The notes: generated by a model from the sequence alone, not told the origin. A stretch of 64,000 bases of DNA from Candidatus Palauibacter sp. (GCF_965213655.1 NZ_CBDBZT010000003.1:2637389-2701388), one strand, 5' to 3'. Numbered from the stretch's first letter, positions 26,598-36,953 are shown. Made by a program: numbers and translations.

Positions 26598-27632
26598 ATG
26601 AAAGCGGCTTACTTCGAACGACACGGCGGCCCCGACGTCATCCGGGTCGGCGACCTGCCCGAGCCGACGGCGGGTCCGGGCGAAGTGCTGATCCGCGTGC
26701 ACGCGGCGGGACTCAACCACCTCGACCTGTGGACGCGGCGCGGACTGCCCGGGCTCACGCTGAAGATGCCGCACATCGGAGGGTCCGATGTGGCGGGCGA
26801 AATCACGGTGCTGGGGGATGAGGTGGAGGACTGGGCGCCGGGCGACCGGGTCACGGTGAACCCGGGCCTGTGGTGCGCCCACGACGGCTGCGAGTGGTGT
26901 GCCCGTGGCGAGCACCCCCTCTGCACCTCCTACCGCATCCTCGGCGAACACGTACCGGGCGGTTTCGCGGAGAAGGTCGCGGTCCCGGCGCGCAACCTGG
27001 TGCGGCTCCCGGACGGGTTCCCGTTCGCGACCGCGGCCGTCGCGCCGCTCGTATACCAGACGGCGTGGCGCGGCCTTCTCTCGCGGGGGCGTCTGGCGCC
27101 GGGAGAGACGGTCCTCGTCACGGGGGCATCGGGCGGCGTCTCCACCGCCGCGATCCAGATCGCGAAACACCACGGCGCGCGTGTGTTCGCGGTCACAAGC
27201 GGACCCGGGAACGCGCGGCGCGTCGAGGCGCTGGGGGCGGACCTCGTCATCGACCGTCTCGAGGAGGATTTCTCGCGCCGCGTGTGGGCGGAGACGGGGA
27301 AGCGCGGCGTCGATCTCGTGCTCGACAGCGTGGGGGCGGCGACGTGGGAGGGCTGCGTTCGCGCTTTGGCGCGCGGGGGACGAATGGTCGTGTACGGGGC
27401 GACGACCGGGCCGCAGGGCGCGCTCAACATCGCGCGCCTGTTCTGGAGCCAGACATCGATCATGGGGACCACGATGGGGACGCGCACCGAGTTCGAGGCC
27501 GTAATGGGACTCGTGCTGGACGGCACCCTCACCCCGATCGTCGATGACGTGTGGCCGCTGGGCCGGGCTCGTGCGGCCCATGAGCAGTTGGAGGCGGGCG
27601 GAGTCTTCGGAAAACTCGTCCTCGAGCCGTGA
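26598..27632 (+). CDS. Zinc-type alcohol dehydrogenase / quinone oxidoreductase (MDR superfamily)
   Basis: GroES-like N-terminus (GEVLIRVHAAGLNHLD), structural-zinc Cys cluster CAHDGCEWCARGEHPLC, Rossmann VLVTGASGGVS. Confidence 0.85.
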   Translation: MKAAYFERHGGPDVIRVGDLPEPTAGPGEVLIRVHAAGLNHLDLWTRRGLPGLTLKMPHIGGSDVAGEITVLGDEVEDWAPGDRVTVNPGLWCAHDGCEWCARGEHPLCTSYRILGEHVPGGFAEKVAVPARNLVRLPDGFPFATAAVAPLVYQTAWRGLLSRGRLAPGETVLVTGASGGVSTAAIQIAKHHGARVFAVTSGPGNARRVEALGADLVIDRLEEDFSRRVWAETGKRGVDLVLDSVGAATWEGCVRALARGGRMVVYGATTGPQGALNIARLFWSQTSIMGTTMGTRTEFEAVMGLVLDGTLTPIVDDVWPLGRARAAHEQLEAGGVFGKLVLEP

Positions 27633-27654
27633 CGCACCACGGGCTGCCAGGCCC

Positions 27655-29373
27655 GTGACGGCTCCGCGGCGCGGCGAGCAGTTCCGGAGCCTCGCGGAGA
27701 CCGCCTTCGACATCCTCGTCATCGGGGGTGGTATCTCGGGCGCGGCCGTCGCGCGCGACGCGGCCCGCCGCGGCTTTCGCACCGCTCTCGTCGAGGCCGC
27801 GGATTTTTCGTCGGGTACGAGCAGCCGTTCCTCCCGCCTCGTCCATGGCGGCCTGCGCTACCTGGAACACTTCGAGTTCGACCTCGTGTTCGAGGCGAGC
27901 CGGGAGCGGCGGACCCTGCTCCGGATCGCGACCCACCTCGTGCGCCCGCTGGAGTTCCACTTTCCCATCTTCCGGGACGGCCGCATCGGCCGGAGGAAGC
28001 TGGACGCGGGGATGTGGCTCTACGACGCGCTCTCGCTGTTCCGGAACATCGAACGCCACCAGATGCTCGATACCGAGGCCATGCTCGCCCGTGAACCGGG
28101 GCTGCGCGCCGACGGGCTCCTCGGCGGCGCACGCTACTTCGACGCCCAGGTCGACGACGCGCGGCTCGTCGTCACGACCATCGTGGCGGCGCTCGAGGCG
28201 GATGCGACGGTGGTCAACCGTGCCGAGGTCGTCCGCATCGACGCTTCGGACTGGCCGGGCCACCGCACGCTAGTGAGAGATGTGGAGAGTGGCCGGGAAG
28301 TGAGCGTCGACGCCCTCGCGATCGTCAACGCCACCGGCGCATGGGCCGAACAGTTGCTCGACCGCGTCGCCGCGGGCCCCGGCGCGCCCGGCTTGGAAGA
28401 GGGGGCGGCCTCCGCCGTGCGCCTCCGGCCCTCGCGGGGGACACATATCCACGTGGCGCGAGGGCGAGTGGGCCACTCCGGCGCTCTGATATTCGAGGCG
28501 CCGCAGGACGGCCGCGTGATGTTCATCCTGCCATGGCGGGAGGACCTGACCCTCATCGGGACCACGGACGAGTTCTTCGACGGCCGGCCGCACGAGGTCG
28601 CCGCCACGCCCGGGGACATCACCTACCTGCTCGAAGCCACTAATCGCCTGCTCCCCGCGTCGAAGCTGGGCCCGGAAGATGTGATCAGCGCCTGGGCCGG
28701 GTTGCGGCCCCTCGTCGCGCCACCCGCGGATGGTGCGGACGAGGGCGCCGTCTCGCGGGAGTTCGAGGTGCATCAGAATCCCCCCGGCGTCTTCACCCTC
28801 AGCGGCGGAAAACTGACCTCTCACCGGCGCATGGCCGAGGAAACGGTGGATCGTGTGCAGGCGTTCCTCGCGCCGGCCGGCGTGAAGGCGCTTCGGAAGG
28901 TGGACACGGACAAGGTCCCGCTCCCCGGTGCCCGGTTCCGGGATCTCGATGGACTCCGCCGCCGCATCCGGGCGCGGGCCCGCGGCCACGGGCTCGACCC
29001 CGCCTCGGCCGATCGCCTCACGCGCGCCTACGGGACGAGGGCGAGCCGGGTGCTCGACCTCATCGAGCGCAACCCGCAGCTCGGTGAGAGAGTCGTCGAG
29101 GAGAGGCCGCACCTTCTGGCCGAAGCGGTGTATTCGGCACGGAGCGAGATGGCCCTTCACGTCGAGGACGTTCTCTTCCGGCGGATGCGGGTGGGTCTCG
29201 AGACGCGCTCCGGAACGCCGGATGCGGCGCGGCGCGTCGCCGAAGTCATGGCCCCGGAGCTGGAGTGGACAGCCGCACAGCAGGCGGAGGAGGTAAGACG
29301 GGCGCTGACCTGCAGGGCGTTGGACGACGGTGCGATCCACGAGGTTGCGGAGTGGGGGAGGGTGGCCCGCTGA
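27655..29373 (+). CDS. glpD: FAD-dependent glycerol-3-phosphate dehydrogenase
   Basis: FDILVIGGGISGAAVARDAARRG dinucleotide fold; RLVHGGLRYLE motif; GTG start at 27655. Confidence 0.8.
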   Translation: MTAPRRGEQFRSLAETAFDILVIGGGISGAAVARDAARRGFRTALVEAADFSSGTSSRSSRLVHGGLRYLEHFEFDLVFEASRERRTLLRIATHLVRPLEFHFPIFRDGRIGRRKLDAGMWLYDALSLFRNIERHQMLDTEAMLAREPGLRADGLLGGARYFDAQVDDARLVVTTIVAALEADATVVNRAEVVRIDASDWPGHRTLVRDVESGREVSVDALAIVNATGAWAEQLLDRVAAGPGAPGLEEGAASAVRLRPSRGTHIHVARGRVGHSGALIFEAPQDGRVMFILPWREDLTLIGTTDEFFDGRPHEVAATPGDITYLLEATNRLLPASKLGPEDVISAWAGLRPLVAPPADGADEGAVSREFEVHQNPPGVFTLSGGKLTSHRRMAEETVDRVQAFLAPAGVKALRKVDTDKVPLPGARFRDLDGLRRRIRARARGHGLDPASADRLTRAYGTRASRVLDLIERNPQLGERVVEERPHLLAEAVYSARSEMALHVEDVLFRRMRVGLETRSGTPDAARRVAEVMAPELEWTAAQQAEEVRRALTCRALDDGAIHEVAEWGRVAR

Positions 29374-29830
29374 GGGGACGACCTCTCCGACCGGGTCGCA
29401 CGCTGTGCGCGCTTGTGTGGCTGACGGCGTCGTGCGCCCCGCCCGACGACACCTCCGAGTCGTCCGGGGTTCTGTCGGATTCCCTGCCGCAGGACGACGC
29501 CGTGCCGGTCGCTCCGCTCCCCGGCGACGGTCCGCCCCGCCAATACCGGTTGCTCATCGTAAACGCGCTCGACATCGACGCTTACGTCTTCGCCGCAGCC
29601 GGAGCCGCGAGCGTCGTGCTCGACACCGTACCCCGCCGGGACTCCGTGCGGGTGGATATTCGGCTGCGCGCCGACATCGTAAGCCTCGAGGCACATGATG
29701 CGCAGGGCGGGCTCCTGCGGACGATCGACCTCGCGCTGACCCGTGACACCCTCAACCGGTGGCTCATCGCGGCCAACACCCCCGCCGCGGGTGTCACCCA
29801 GGGGCCCGCGCGCGTCACCAATGGGTCCGA
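29352..29830 (+). CDS. Hypothetical lipoprotein (5' GC3-rich part of ORF-track 29265..30173; true 3' end unresolved)
   Basis: Lipobox LTASC after a GTG start overlapping the glpD end; high GC3 up to about 29830; beyond that GC3 collapses and no stop occurs in this frame until 30173. Confidence 0.3.
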
Positions 29831-29888
29831 GAGTTCGTTAATTAGTTGGGAAGCCTTATACTGTGGGAGCGGTCTGTGTCGGAATCGG

Positions 29889-29912
29889 GCGTTAGGTGCG
29901 GCGTTAGGTGCG
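29889..29912 (+). repeat. Tandem 12-mer gcgttaggtgcg x2 inside an AT-rich island (29838-29870), just upstream of a small ORF
   Basis: gggcGTTAGGTGCGgcGTTAGGTGCGggg; preceded by gttaattagttgggaagccttatactgtg. Confidence 0.5.
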
Positions 29913-29937
29913 GGGACGATGGAGGAGGGGGGACGCC

Positions 29938-30084
29938 ATGAAGAAGCTGAGGATCGCGCTGGCGCTCGTCGCGAGCATCGCGATGATCGTCGTCGGGCAG
30001 CGTCAGGTGGGCCAGAAGGACGTGCGGACGCAGAAGGCCGACATCCAGGGGGTCGATTCCGAGAACGAGGCCTTGTTCATCTAG
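29938..30084 (+). CDS. Small ORF (48 aa) encoding a hydrophobic-N-terminus peptide, strong SD
   Basis: GGAGGAGGGGGGA 4 nt before the ATG; GC3 about 96% in this frame, versus low GC3 in the overlapping long ORF frame; MKKLRIALALVASIAMIVVGQRQ... Confidence 0.5.
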   Translation: MKKLRIALALVASIAMIVVGQRQVGQKDVRTQKADIQGVDSENEALFI

Positions 30085-30169
30085 CGGCTTCGCCGGCTCT
30101 TCCGTCTGAAGAACCGTCGGGCACTCTCGCGTCGGACGGTGACGGAGGATCACAGGTGCGAGGCGCCGG

Positions 30170-31426
30170 ATGAGTCCAGTCAGGTGCGACATCTCTCGGC
30201 CGGTCGGCTCGCTGACTCGCGCGGCCCGAATCGGCCTGGTGCTGCAAGCGGTGGGTCTCGCCGCATGCACCGGAGAGAGCTTTGGCCCGCCGCCCCCGTT
30301 CTCGGATTGCTCGCTGCCGCTCAGGAACTTCACGGATGCCGGCTCCGAGCGTTCGAGCATCCCTGCGCTCACGAATCCGGATGTCGCCACGCGGCTCATC
30401 GCCCCCCAGGTCGGTTACGTCAATCGTGGCGATCTCGTGATCGGGCTCCAGTTCAACGACCAGCCCCTCGCCATACCTCTGAAGCTCCTCTGGTACCACG
30501 AGGTTCTGAACCTGCAGGCCGACACCGACCTCGCCGACCCGGATACGCCGGGAGAACGGCTCACCATCACCTACTCGCCGCTCACCGGGTCCGTCCGCGT
30601 CTTCGATCCCGCAGCGACGGAGACGCCCGACTTCGAGGTGTCCAACTACGTCCTCGACAACAACCTCGTGATGGACGATGGTTCCGGGACGCTCTACCCG
30701 CAGTTGACGCGCTCGGCCACCTGTGGCCCCAATGACGGCAGCAGGCTGAAGCGCGTACCGTACGAGTTGTTGTTGTACGGGGCCTGGCTCCAGATCTTCC
30801 AGGACACCTGGATCGCGACCCGCGCAACGGGGCACGACTTTCTCTACACGCTCTACCCGTACGGGAACTACCGGGACCCGGACAACGCTTCGCTCTTCTA
30901 TCCGACGTCGACCCCGATCGACCTGCGCCGACGGCCCAAGGAACGCATGGTCGGAGTCCCGTCGGGCACCGGCGGCGTCGCGTTCGCCATCTCGGATTTG
31001 AGGGAAGTTGCCGCGCGGGACCAGGAAGGGCAGAACTTCACCGTGTGGGCTGCGAGTGCCCGTGCCGGTGGAGAACCTGTGGTCGCGTTCTGGAACTCCA
31101 TCGCTCAGAGTGCGCGGATCTACCACGCGCGAGTCAACGGCCGGCCGCTCACGTTCGAGGTCGTCGACGGTCGCCGGCAGGACGTGGAGACGGGGAGCGT
31201 GTGGAACTTCGGGGGCGAGGCGGTGGCCGGACCGCTCGACGGCGAACAGCTCGAGGCTCACGCCGAGGCGTACCACGCCTTCTGGTTCGCGTGGGCCGCC
31301 TTCCAGCCGGACACCGAGGTATGGGTGGCACCGATTCCTCTCACCGGCTCCGCGGACTTCGTTCCGACGGACGAAGCGACGCTGCTACCGCCGGACCCGG
31401 ACCTGATCAGACGCCGTCCGCGCTGA
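30170..31426 (+). CDS. DUF3179 family lipoprotein
   Basis: Lipobox LAAC; WYHEVLN ... LTITYSPLTGS resembles the DUF3179 core. Confidence 0.65.
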   Translation: MSPVRCDISRPVGSLTRAARIGLVLQAVGLAACTGESFGPPPPFSDCSLPLRNFTDAGSERSSIPALTNPDVATRLIAPQVGYVNRGDLVIGLQFNDQPLAIPLKLLWYHEVLNLQADTDLADPDTPGERLTITYSPLTGSVRVFDPAATETPDFEVSNYVLDNNLVMDDGSGTLYPQLTRSATCGPNDGSRLKRVPYELLLYGAWLQIFQDTWIATRATGHDFLYTLYPYGNYRDPDNASLFYPTSTPIDLRRRPKERMVGVPSGTGGVAFAISDLREVAARDQEGQNFTVWAASARAGGEPVVAFWNSIAQSARIYHARVNGRPLTFEVVDGRRQDVETGSVWNFGGEAVAGPLDGEQLEAHAEAYHAFWFAWAAFQPDTEVWVAPIPLTGSADFVPTDEATLLPPDPDLIRRRPR

Positions 31427-31454
31427 GTCGCGGCACCATTGCGGGCGTTCGGGG

Positions 31455-32660
31455 TCAGCGCGCCCCGGGCAGCGCCGGCATCGAATACCGCTCGAGCCAG
31501 GCGAAATCGAATTCGTCGCTCCGGACCAGGTAGGCGCTCTCAGCTCCGAAGGCGACGAGACGCCGGTCCTCCGGCAGCTCCACTTGGGCGATCCGCTGTC
31601 CGCGTGCATCGAACACATCGTACAGGTGCACCTCCCCGGCTCGGACATGACGCCGGACCCACGCCCGGCCTTCCGCATCGATCTCGACCGCCGCGGCCGG
31701 GATGACCGGCTTCACGTCGGGCCACTCGAAGTCGGAGGGGTCCGCATCGCCCGCACCCGAAGACGCACGGCTCATGGACATCCGCATCCCGCCCCCGTCG
31801 TCCGTCATCTCGACGCGCAATCCTCCGCCGAGGCCTTCGAGCCACTCATCCTGGTCGGCGCGGCCCACCCGCACCGGTTCGTACGGGATCTCGGGCCCGC
31901 GCGTGACGCTGCCGGCCGGGCCCATCCACTCAAGCCGGTAGTCATCCGCGCGGGCGATCGCCACCCGCCCGTCCCAGGCCACGTTCCACGAGTCCTGGTC
32001 GGAGAACGGCACGGGCCGGATGCTCACGCTGCGGTTGTTCGCGTCCCCTGATTCCGTCCGCTTCTGCGCCGCGAGCCGGACCCGGCCGGCTTCGGAAATC
32101 TCGCCGGTGGCCGGATCGAAGCGCGCCACGGCCGCCGAATCCGAAGTCCCCGCCATCCCGTCGAGTCGCTGCTGGAAGTAGATGCCGCCTTCGCGGTCTG
32201 TCCCGACCGGAATCATCATCGTCATCCCGGTATTCGGCGCGCCCTGGGCGATGGGCCACGTCTCGCTGAAGCCGAGGTCCGCTTCGATGCGCGTGAGCCG
32301 CGCGTTGCCGAGATCGACGAGAAGCGTCCCGCCGTCCGGAAGCGGGAAAAGACCGTCCGGCGTCCGATACTCCTCCGGTCCCTGGCCCGTGTTCGTCAGT
32401 GTGTCCGCGCCGGCCGCGGGCGTCCACACGATGACCGCGGCGCCGAAGCCGTCCGCTATGAGCACGCGCCCATCCTCGAGTTCGCGTACACCGCGCATGG
32501 AGCCCAGACCGTCCTCGAAGGCCGCAACCGCCGGCCCGAACGAAACCCGCGGCACGTCCTGCGCCGCCGCCACGCGGACCCCAGCCGGCGACAGCACCAT
32601 CGCCGCCGCCAGCCCAAAGGGGATCACGCCGGAGCCCAGCGCCGTGTTCGTCTTCGTCAT
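31455..32660 (-). CDS. Hypothetical secreted protein (beta-propeller-like repeats)
   Basis: Signal peptide; repeated Gly/Asp-rich strand motifs; GC3-rich. Confidence 0.55.
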   Translation of the reverse strand: MTKTNTALGSGVIPFGLAAAMVLSPAGVRVAAAQDVPRVSFGPAVAAFEDGLGSMRGVRELEDGRVLIADGFGAAVIVWTPAAGADTLTNTGQGPEEYRTPDGLFPLPDGGTLLVDLGNARLTRIEADLGFSETWPIAQGAPNTGMTMMIPVGTDREGGIYFQQRLDGMAGTSDSAAVARFDPATGEISEAGRVRLAAQKRTESGDANNRSVSIRPVPFSDQDSWNVAWDGRVAIARADDYRLEWMGPAGSVTRGPEIPYEPVRVGRADQDEWLEGLGGGLRVEMTDDGGGMRMSMSRASSGAGDADPSDFEWPDVKPVIPAAAVEIDAEGRAWVRRHVRAGEVHLYDVFDARGQRIAQVELPEDRRLVAFGAESAYLVRSDEFDFAWLERYSMPALPGAR

Positions 32661-32679
32661 CGAATGCCTGCCAGTCCTC

Positions 32680-32916
32680 TTACCAGTCCTCTTCGGGCTT
32701 GTCCCACGTCTGGGCCCAGAATTCGTCCTCCTCGGCCCTCGCCAGTTCGAGATCCACCGGTTCCACGTCCTCCGCGTCCACGCGGCCCACCGTCTCGATG
32801 CGTTGGACGATCTCGTCCGTCACGCCGCTACGGGTCTGACGGCGCAGCCGGTGCCGCGCTCTCCAGCCGGCCACCGCCACGATCACCGCCAACGCCAGAA
32901 AGATGGAACTGGTCAC
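32680..32916 (-). CDS. Small single-TM protein upstream of the secreted protein
   Basis: SIFLALAVIVAVAGW TM then an acidic tail; GTG start; 20-nt gap to the next gene. Confidence 0.4.
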   Translation of the reverse strand: MTSSIFLALAVIVAVAGWRARHRLRRQTRSGVTDEIVQRIETVGRVDAEDVEPVDLELARAEEDEFWAQTWDKPEEDW

Positions 32917-32964
32917 CGCTTCTCACCGCTCTCCGTGCGACGCGGGGTCTCGCCACGAGCCGGG

Positions 32965-35649
32965 CTAGAGCCCGAGCCAGTGCTCGAACTTTATGAGGAA
33001 GATATTGGTGGAGGGAATCCGCGCGATGTCCGTCAGGTCTTCGCCCAGGCGGAACGAGCCATCGTTACGAAACGATTGCTGGTCGCGGCTCCAGACGAGG
33101 AACACGGTCGACCCGGGCCGATACTGCCAGCGCAGGACCAGGTTGGACCGGAACGACTTCACGTTGAAGTCGGGGTCGCCGAAGCCGAAGTCCGCGGTCC
33201 CGTCTCGATTGGCGTCGACCTGGTAGAGTCCGAAGCCGTTCGCCTCGAGACGCCTGATCTCGTTCTCCCCGTACCTCCGGAACCGGTCCGCGAAGGCTGA
33301 AGCTCGCGGGGCGTCGACCTCCATGAAGCGGTCGTAGCTACCGGCGCTTACGAAGGGCTGCCCGTAAAATTGCAGGGAAAGGTCCGGACTGAACGTGTAG
33401 TTCAGCCGGGTCGTGATGGAGATCGTCTGCTGGCTCAGGCGTGCAAACACATAGTGCGTTCCCGTGGAGGACCGGGGCTGTGAGACGTACTGCCAGGCCC
33501 GTTCGTTCCACTGCAGGCTCGGGCCGATGTTGAACTGGAGACGGCTCGACGCCTGAAGCATGACGTTGGGCGAGACTCCCAAGCGGAGCGTCGAGGTGCT
33601 GTACTCCCCGCCGGCGTTGAAGATGGCTCCCAGCCGCACGGGCTTCCGGGAGTCCGTGAACACGCCGCCGAAGCTGTTCCACTGGCTCGGCTGATGGAGG
33701 GCCGGGCCTCCGCGCAGGGCCGTCGTGGCGAGGCCCGCCCACTCCTGGTTGAATCCGGCGAAGCCGTTCCAGAAGTTCTTGAACTGGAAGTTCCCGTTCA
33801 CGTTACCGCCCGTGAACTGCCGTTCGCCGCCGAACGTCCAGCCGGACCACGTCGCCGCGTTCACCCCCCAGTTCCGAAACGGCCCCTGGGGCCGGAACTG
33901 CTGGTAGCTCACCCAGGCCGCGCCCACGCGGTAGTCCGCGTTCTGCTGGAAGCCGAGATCGTTGGACTCGAAGCCGGGTGACCGGTTCTCGCCGAACAGT
34001 CCGAAGCGCCAGTTCCCGCCTCCGATCTTGGAGAAGCTGATGGTCGAGGTGCTGCCCGAGAGCCGCGTGCGGGTCGGGTCCAGGCCGACGTGCTCGGAGT
34101 CCGGGCGCTGCAGGTAGCGTACCGACGAGCGCTGGATGCGCTCGATCGCCTCCGCGCTCCCGCTCACCGTGCTCCCGATCACGTGGCCGTTGATCTCGTA
34201 GTTGCCGTTCCCGAAACGGTGGCGGAAGTCGATCCCTCCCGTGTACGCCTCGTCCGCCAGGAAGGCGAGCGCTCCCCCGGCGTCCAGGCGCCGGTTCGTG
34301 GCGGTGGCGATGAGTCCGACCGCGCTCTCCCCGTCGCGAAAGTCCCGGATTACCCGCCCGACGGCGTAGTTCGTGACCGGCTCCACCAGTTGCTCGCTCA
34401 GCGCCCCGCCCGGGGTAGAGAAGCGCGCCATCTCGCTCGAAGTGAGCGCGTTGAGGAGACCGACCGACCACCCGCCCGCCGTCTTCCCCGACAGCTTCGC
34501 CGCGCCGAGGATCCGCGTCGCTTCAGGCACCTGCTGATAGTCCGACGGGTCCGTGACGAATCCCTGTGGCGCACGTCCGACCCGCCGGCTGTAGAAGAGC
34601 GACTCGTTGTTCTCATCGTCCGGCGCGCCGATCGCGAAGTCGAAGATGTCGGCGCCCTCCTGGAAGAAGGGGCGTTTCTCGGGAAAGAACGTCTCGAACG
34701 CCGTGAGGTTCACGACCGACGGGTCCGCCTCGACCTGCCCGAAGTCGGGGTTCACCGTGAGGTTCAGCGTCAGGTTGTCCGTGATCCCGTACTTCAGGTC
34801 GCCGCCCACCGTCTGCCGCAGGGCGGTCGCGGAATAGAAGGGATCGTCCGCCGTTCCGGGTGCGCGCGCGGCGGACGAAAGGACGTAGGGACGGATCTCG
34901 AGGTTACGGCGCGGTCTGATGTCTTCGAGGTTCCGCAGCGTCCCGAATGCGGACACGACGCGCGAACCGTCCTCCGGCAGGGGCGACCACACGCTCGACT
35001 CTTCGAGGCGGGCGATCTCCCGCCGGAAGTTGATGCCCCATGTGCTCGAGCCGCCATCCCGCGCGGATGCCGTGAACCTGAGTTGAGAGAACGGGATCCG
35101 CAGTTCCGCGGTCCAGCCCGACGCGTCCGTTCGGGTGGCGCTCTCCCACACCGCATCCCATTCCGAGTCTTCCTCGGTGTCGGAGAAGAGAAGCCCATCG
35201 CTTTGGACCCCTGCCACGCTGACCGAAAAACGGAAAGCCGTGCGGTGGTCGAAATAGCTGTCGATCGCGACGTGGAAGGCGTCCGTCGTCACTTCCTCGT
35301 CGCGTCTGGCGAGCCTGCGGATGATCCCGCCGGGGTCGTCGTCGAACATGCGAGCGCCGATGTAGACCGCGTCGTCGGTGTAGAGGACGCGCACTTCGGT
35401 GCGCTCGCTCGCGGGCCGCCCCGGGTCCGGCCGGAACTGGACGAAATCGCGCGCGACCGGCGCTTCGCTCCAGGCATCGTCGTCGAGGCGCCCGTCGATC
35501 CGGGGCAACTCGGCCGCCCGAACGGCCGGAAGCGCCGGCGCCGCCGCGGAGCGCGCGTGGGTTTCCCCGCCGATCAGCGCATCCTGGGCCGCCAAGGGAC
35601 CCGCGGGCGCCATGAACAGAAGGAGCGTCGGCCACCGTCGCGGCGGCAC
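32965..35649 (-). CDS. CBM9-like / DUF5916 family exported protein (carbohydrate-binding-family-9-like N-terminus plus large beta-rich C-terminal domain)
   Basis: LPRIDGRLDDDAWSEAP...FVQFRPDPG CBM9/DOMON-like motif; about 890 aa; signal peptide PPRRWPTLLLFMAPAGPLAAQ; start may lie up to 35724. Confidence 0.65.
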   Translation of the reverse strand: MPPRRWPTLLLFMAPAGPLAAQDALIGGETHARSAAAPALPAVRAAELPRIDGRLDDDAWSEAPVARDFVQFRPDPGRPASERTEVRVLYTDDAVYIGARMFDDDPGGIIRRLARRDEEVTTDAFHVAIDSYFDHRTAFRFSVSVAGVQSDGLLFSDTEEDSEWDAVWESATRTDASGWTAELRIPFSQLRFTASARDGGSSTWGINFRREIARLEESSVWSPLPEDGSRVVSAFGTLRNLEDIRPRRNLEIRPYVLSSAARAPGTADDPFYSATALRQTVGGDLKYGITDNLTLNLTVNPDFGQVEADPSVVNLTAFETFFPEKRPFFQEGADIFDFAIGAPDDENNESLFYSRRVGRAPQGFVTDPSDYQQVPEATRILGAAKLSGKTAGGWSVGLLNALTSSEMARFSTPGGALSEQLVEPVTNYAVGRVIRDFRDGESAVGLIATATNRRLDAGGALAFLADEAYTGGIDFRHRFGNGNYEINGHVIGSTVSGSAEAIERIQRSSVRYLQRPDSEHVGLDPTRTRLSGSTSTISFSKIGGGNWRFGLFGENRSPGFESNDLGFQQNADYRVGAAWVSYQQFRPQGPFRNWGVNAATWSGWTFGGERQFTGGNVNGNFQFKNFWNGFAGFNQEWAGLATTALRGGPALHQPSQWNSFGGVFTDSRKPVRLGAIFNAGGEYSTSTLRLGVSPNVMLQASSRLQFNIGPSLQWNERAWQYVSQPRSSTGTHYVFARLSQQTISITTRLNYTFSPDLSLQFYGQPFVSAGSYDRFMEVDAPRASAFADRFRRYGENEIRRLEANGFGLYQVDANRDGTADFGFGDPDFNVKSFRSNLVLRWQYRPGSTVFLVWSRDQQSFRNDGSFRLGEDLTDIARIPSTNIFLIKFEHWLGL

Positions 35650-35830
35650 GGCGCAATCTATGGAAAACACGGAAGATCTCACGGTTACGTTCCTGAATTC
35701 ACAGCCCCGAACCCGCGGGCCCACCCACGAGGGTTCGCCTGGGCCCCACCCCCCCAGTCAGGGGATGGGACGCGTCGCCCCACCGAAACGTTGGAATCCG
35801 GGAGAAAGTTTCCCCGGCGGCCCGCGTCCG

Positions 35831-36802
35831 CTACGCGCCGCCCTCGAGGCGGGCGATGTCGGCTTCGGACGCGATATAACCGAAGCCCGCCCAGCCCGAA
35901 CCTTCGAGAATGCGTCGGTACATCTCCGCCGCCTGCGCCTCGCGGCCGTTGTAGAGGTGCCAGGTCGCGACCCCGTACGCGACCGCCACGCCCGCCGGGT
36001 CCCCGCTCTCGGGGTCCCACAGTTCGTCGGCCGTGAGCTCCCCCTTGTACATGAGGAGAAGCCGGTGATAGCTGGTGTTCTCGATCACATCGAGATCGGC
36101 CGTCACCGGTTCGAGGACCGTTGCCGCCTCGGCGTCGCGGCCGAGCCGACGGAGCGCCATGTACCACCAGTGCGAGATCGCCACGAGCTGGTCGGGGTTC
36201 GTCGTCACCGCCAGGTACGCCTCGTAGGACGGCAGCGCGCCCTCAAAGTCGCCCTTCAGGTAGCGGGCCAGCGCGAGGTGGTAGTGGATGTTCGACTGAA
36301 GCGTGCTCGTGGGGATCCCCCGCTCGTTGGGCTGGCCGTCCGGCTCCACCTCATCCTCCTCGCCCCGGACCAGGTCGGCCGCGTGCGAAAGGTCCTCGAT
36401 CGCCCGGTCGAACTCGCGCACGCTGATCCACCGGTGCCCCCGGTGGCGGTACATGCGGGCATCGCCCGGGTGCTTCTCGATCCCCTCCGAGAAGATCTCG
36501 ATCGCGTGACGGAAGGCCCCCGTGTACCCGACGCGCCGGCCGAGCCAGATGATCGCGTCGGCGTCATCCGGGTCTGCGTCGTAGTCCGCCCGGGCGACCT
36601 CGATGTCGCGCGCCTGCTGCGCCGCCACCTCCGCCGGGGCGGGAGACGGATAGAGAGGTTCGCCGAGAAGGGAGATCGCCTCCGCCCCCTCCGGGAGCGT
36701 CTCCGCCCCTCCGGAAGTTCCCGCCTCGTCCGCCGCCTCCCCGCAGGCCGCGAGGCCGAGGGCGAGCAGGAGAGCGCCGAGTTTCATTCGATTGCGTTTC
36801 AT
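35831..36802 (-). CDS. TPR-repeat lipoprotein
   Basis: Lipobox LGLAAC; TPR-like helical repeats; GAGGAA SD. Confidence 0.6.
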   Translation of the reverse strand: MKRNRMKLGALLLALGLAACGEAADEAGTSGGAETLPEGAEAISLLGEPLYPSPAPAEVAAQQARDIEVARADYDADPDDADAIIWLGRRVGYTGAFRHAIEIFSEGIEKHPGDARMYRHRGHRWISVREFDRAIEDLSHAADLVRGEEDEVEPDGQPNERGIPTSTLQSNIHYHLALARYLKGDFEGALPSYEAYLAVTTNPDQLVAISHWWYMALRRLGRDAEAATVLEPVTADLDVIENTSYHRLLLMYKGELTADELWDPESGDPAGVAVAYGVATWHLYNGREAQAAEMYRRILEGSGWAGFGYIASEADIARLEGGA

Positions 36803-36953
36803 GACGTTCCTCGGGAAAGGGGTTTCCGCGCGCCGCAAAACCCGCGCAGGATTCCGAGCGTACGGTCTGGACAGCTCGCGGCAATAGCCCTGCCGGATTC
36901 GAGCGGAGATCCAACATCAAGCAAACTCGCGCGTTCGCCGCAAGGGAGATGAC

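Noticed and set aside
29265-30173. Full-length 302-aa ORF from the ORF track as a single gene
   Set aside because: GC3 analysis shows the 3' third is not coding in this frame. Only the 5' part (lipoprotein) is retained, and the overlapping 48-codon ORF is called instead. A frameshift remains possible.
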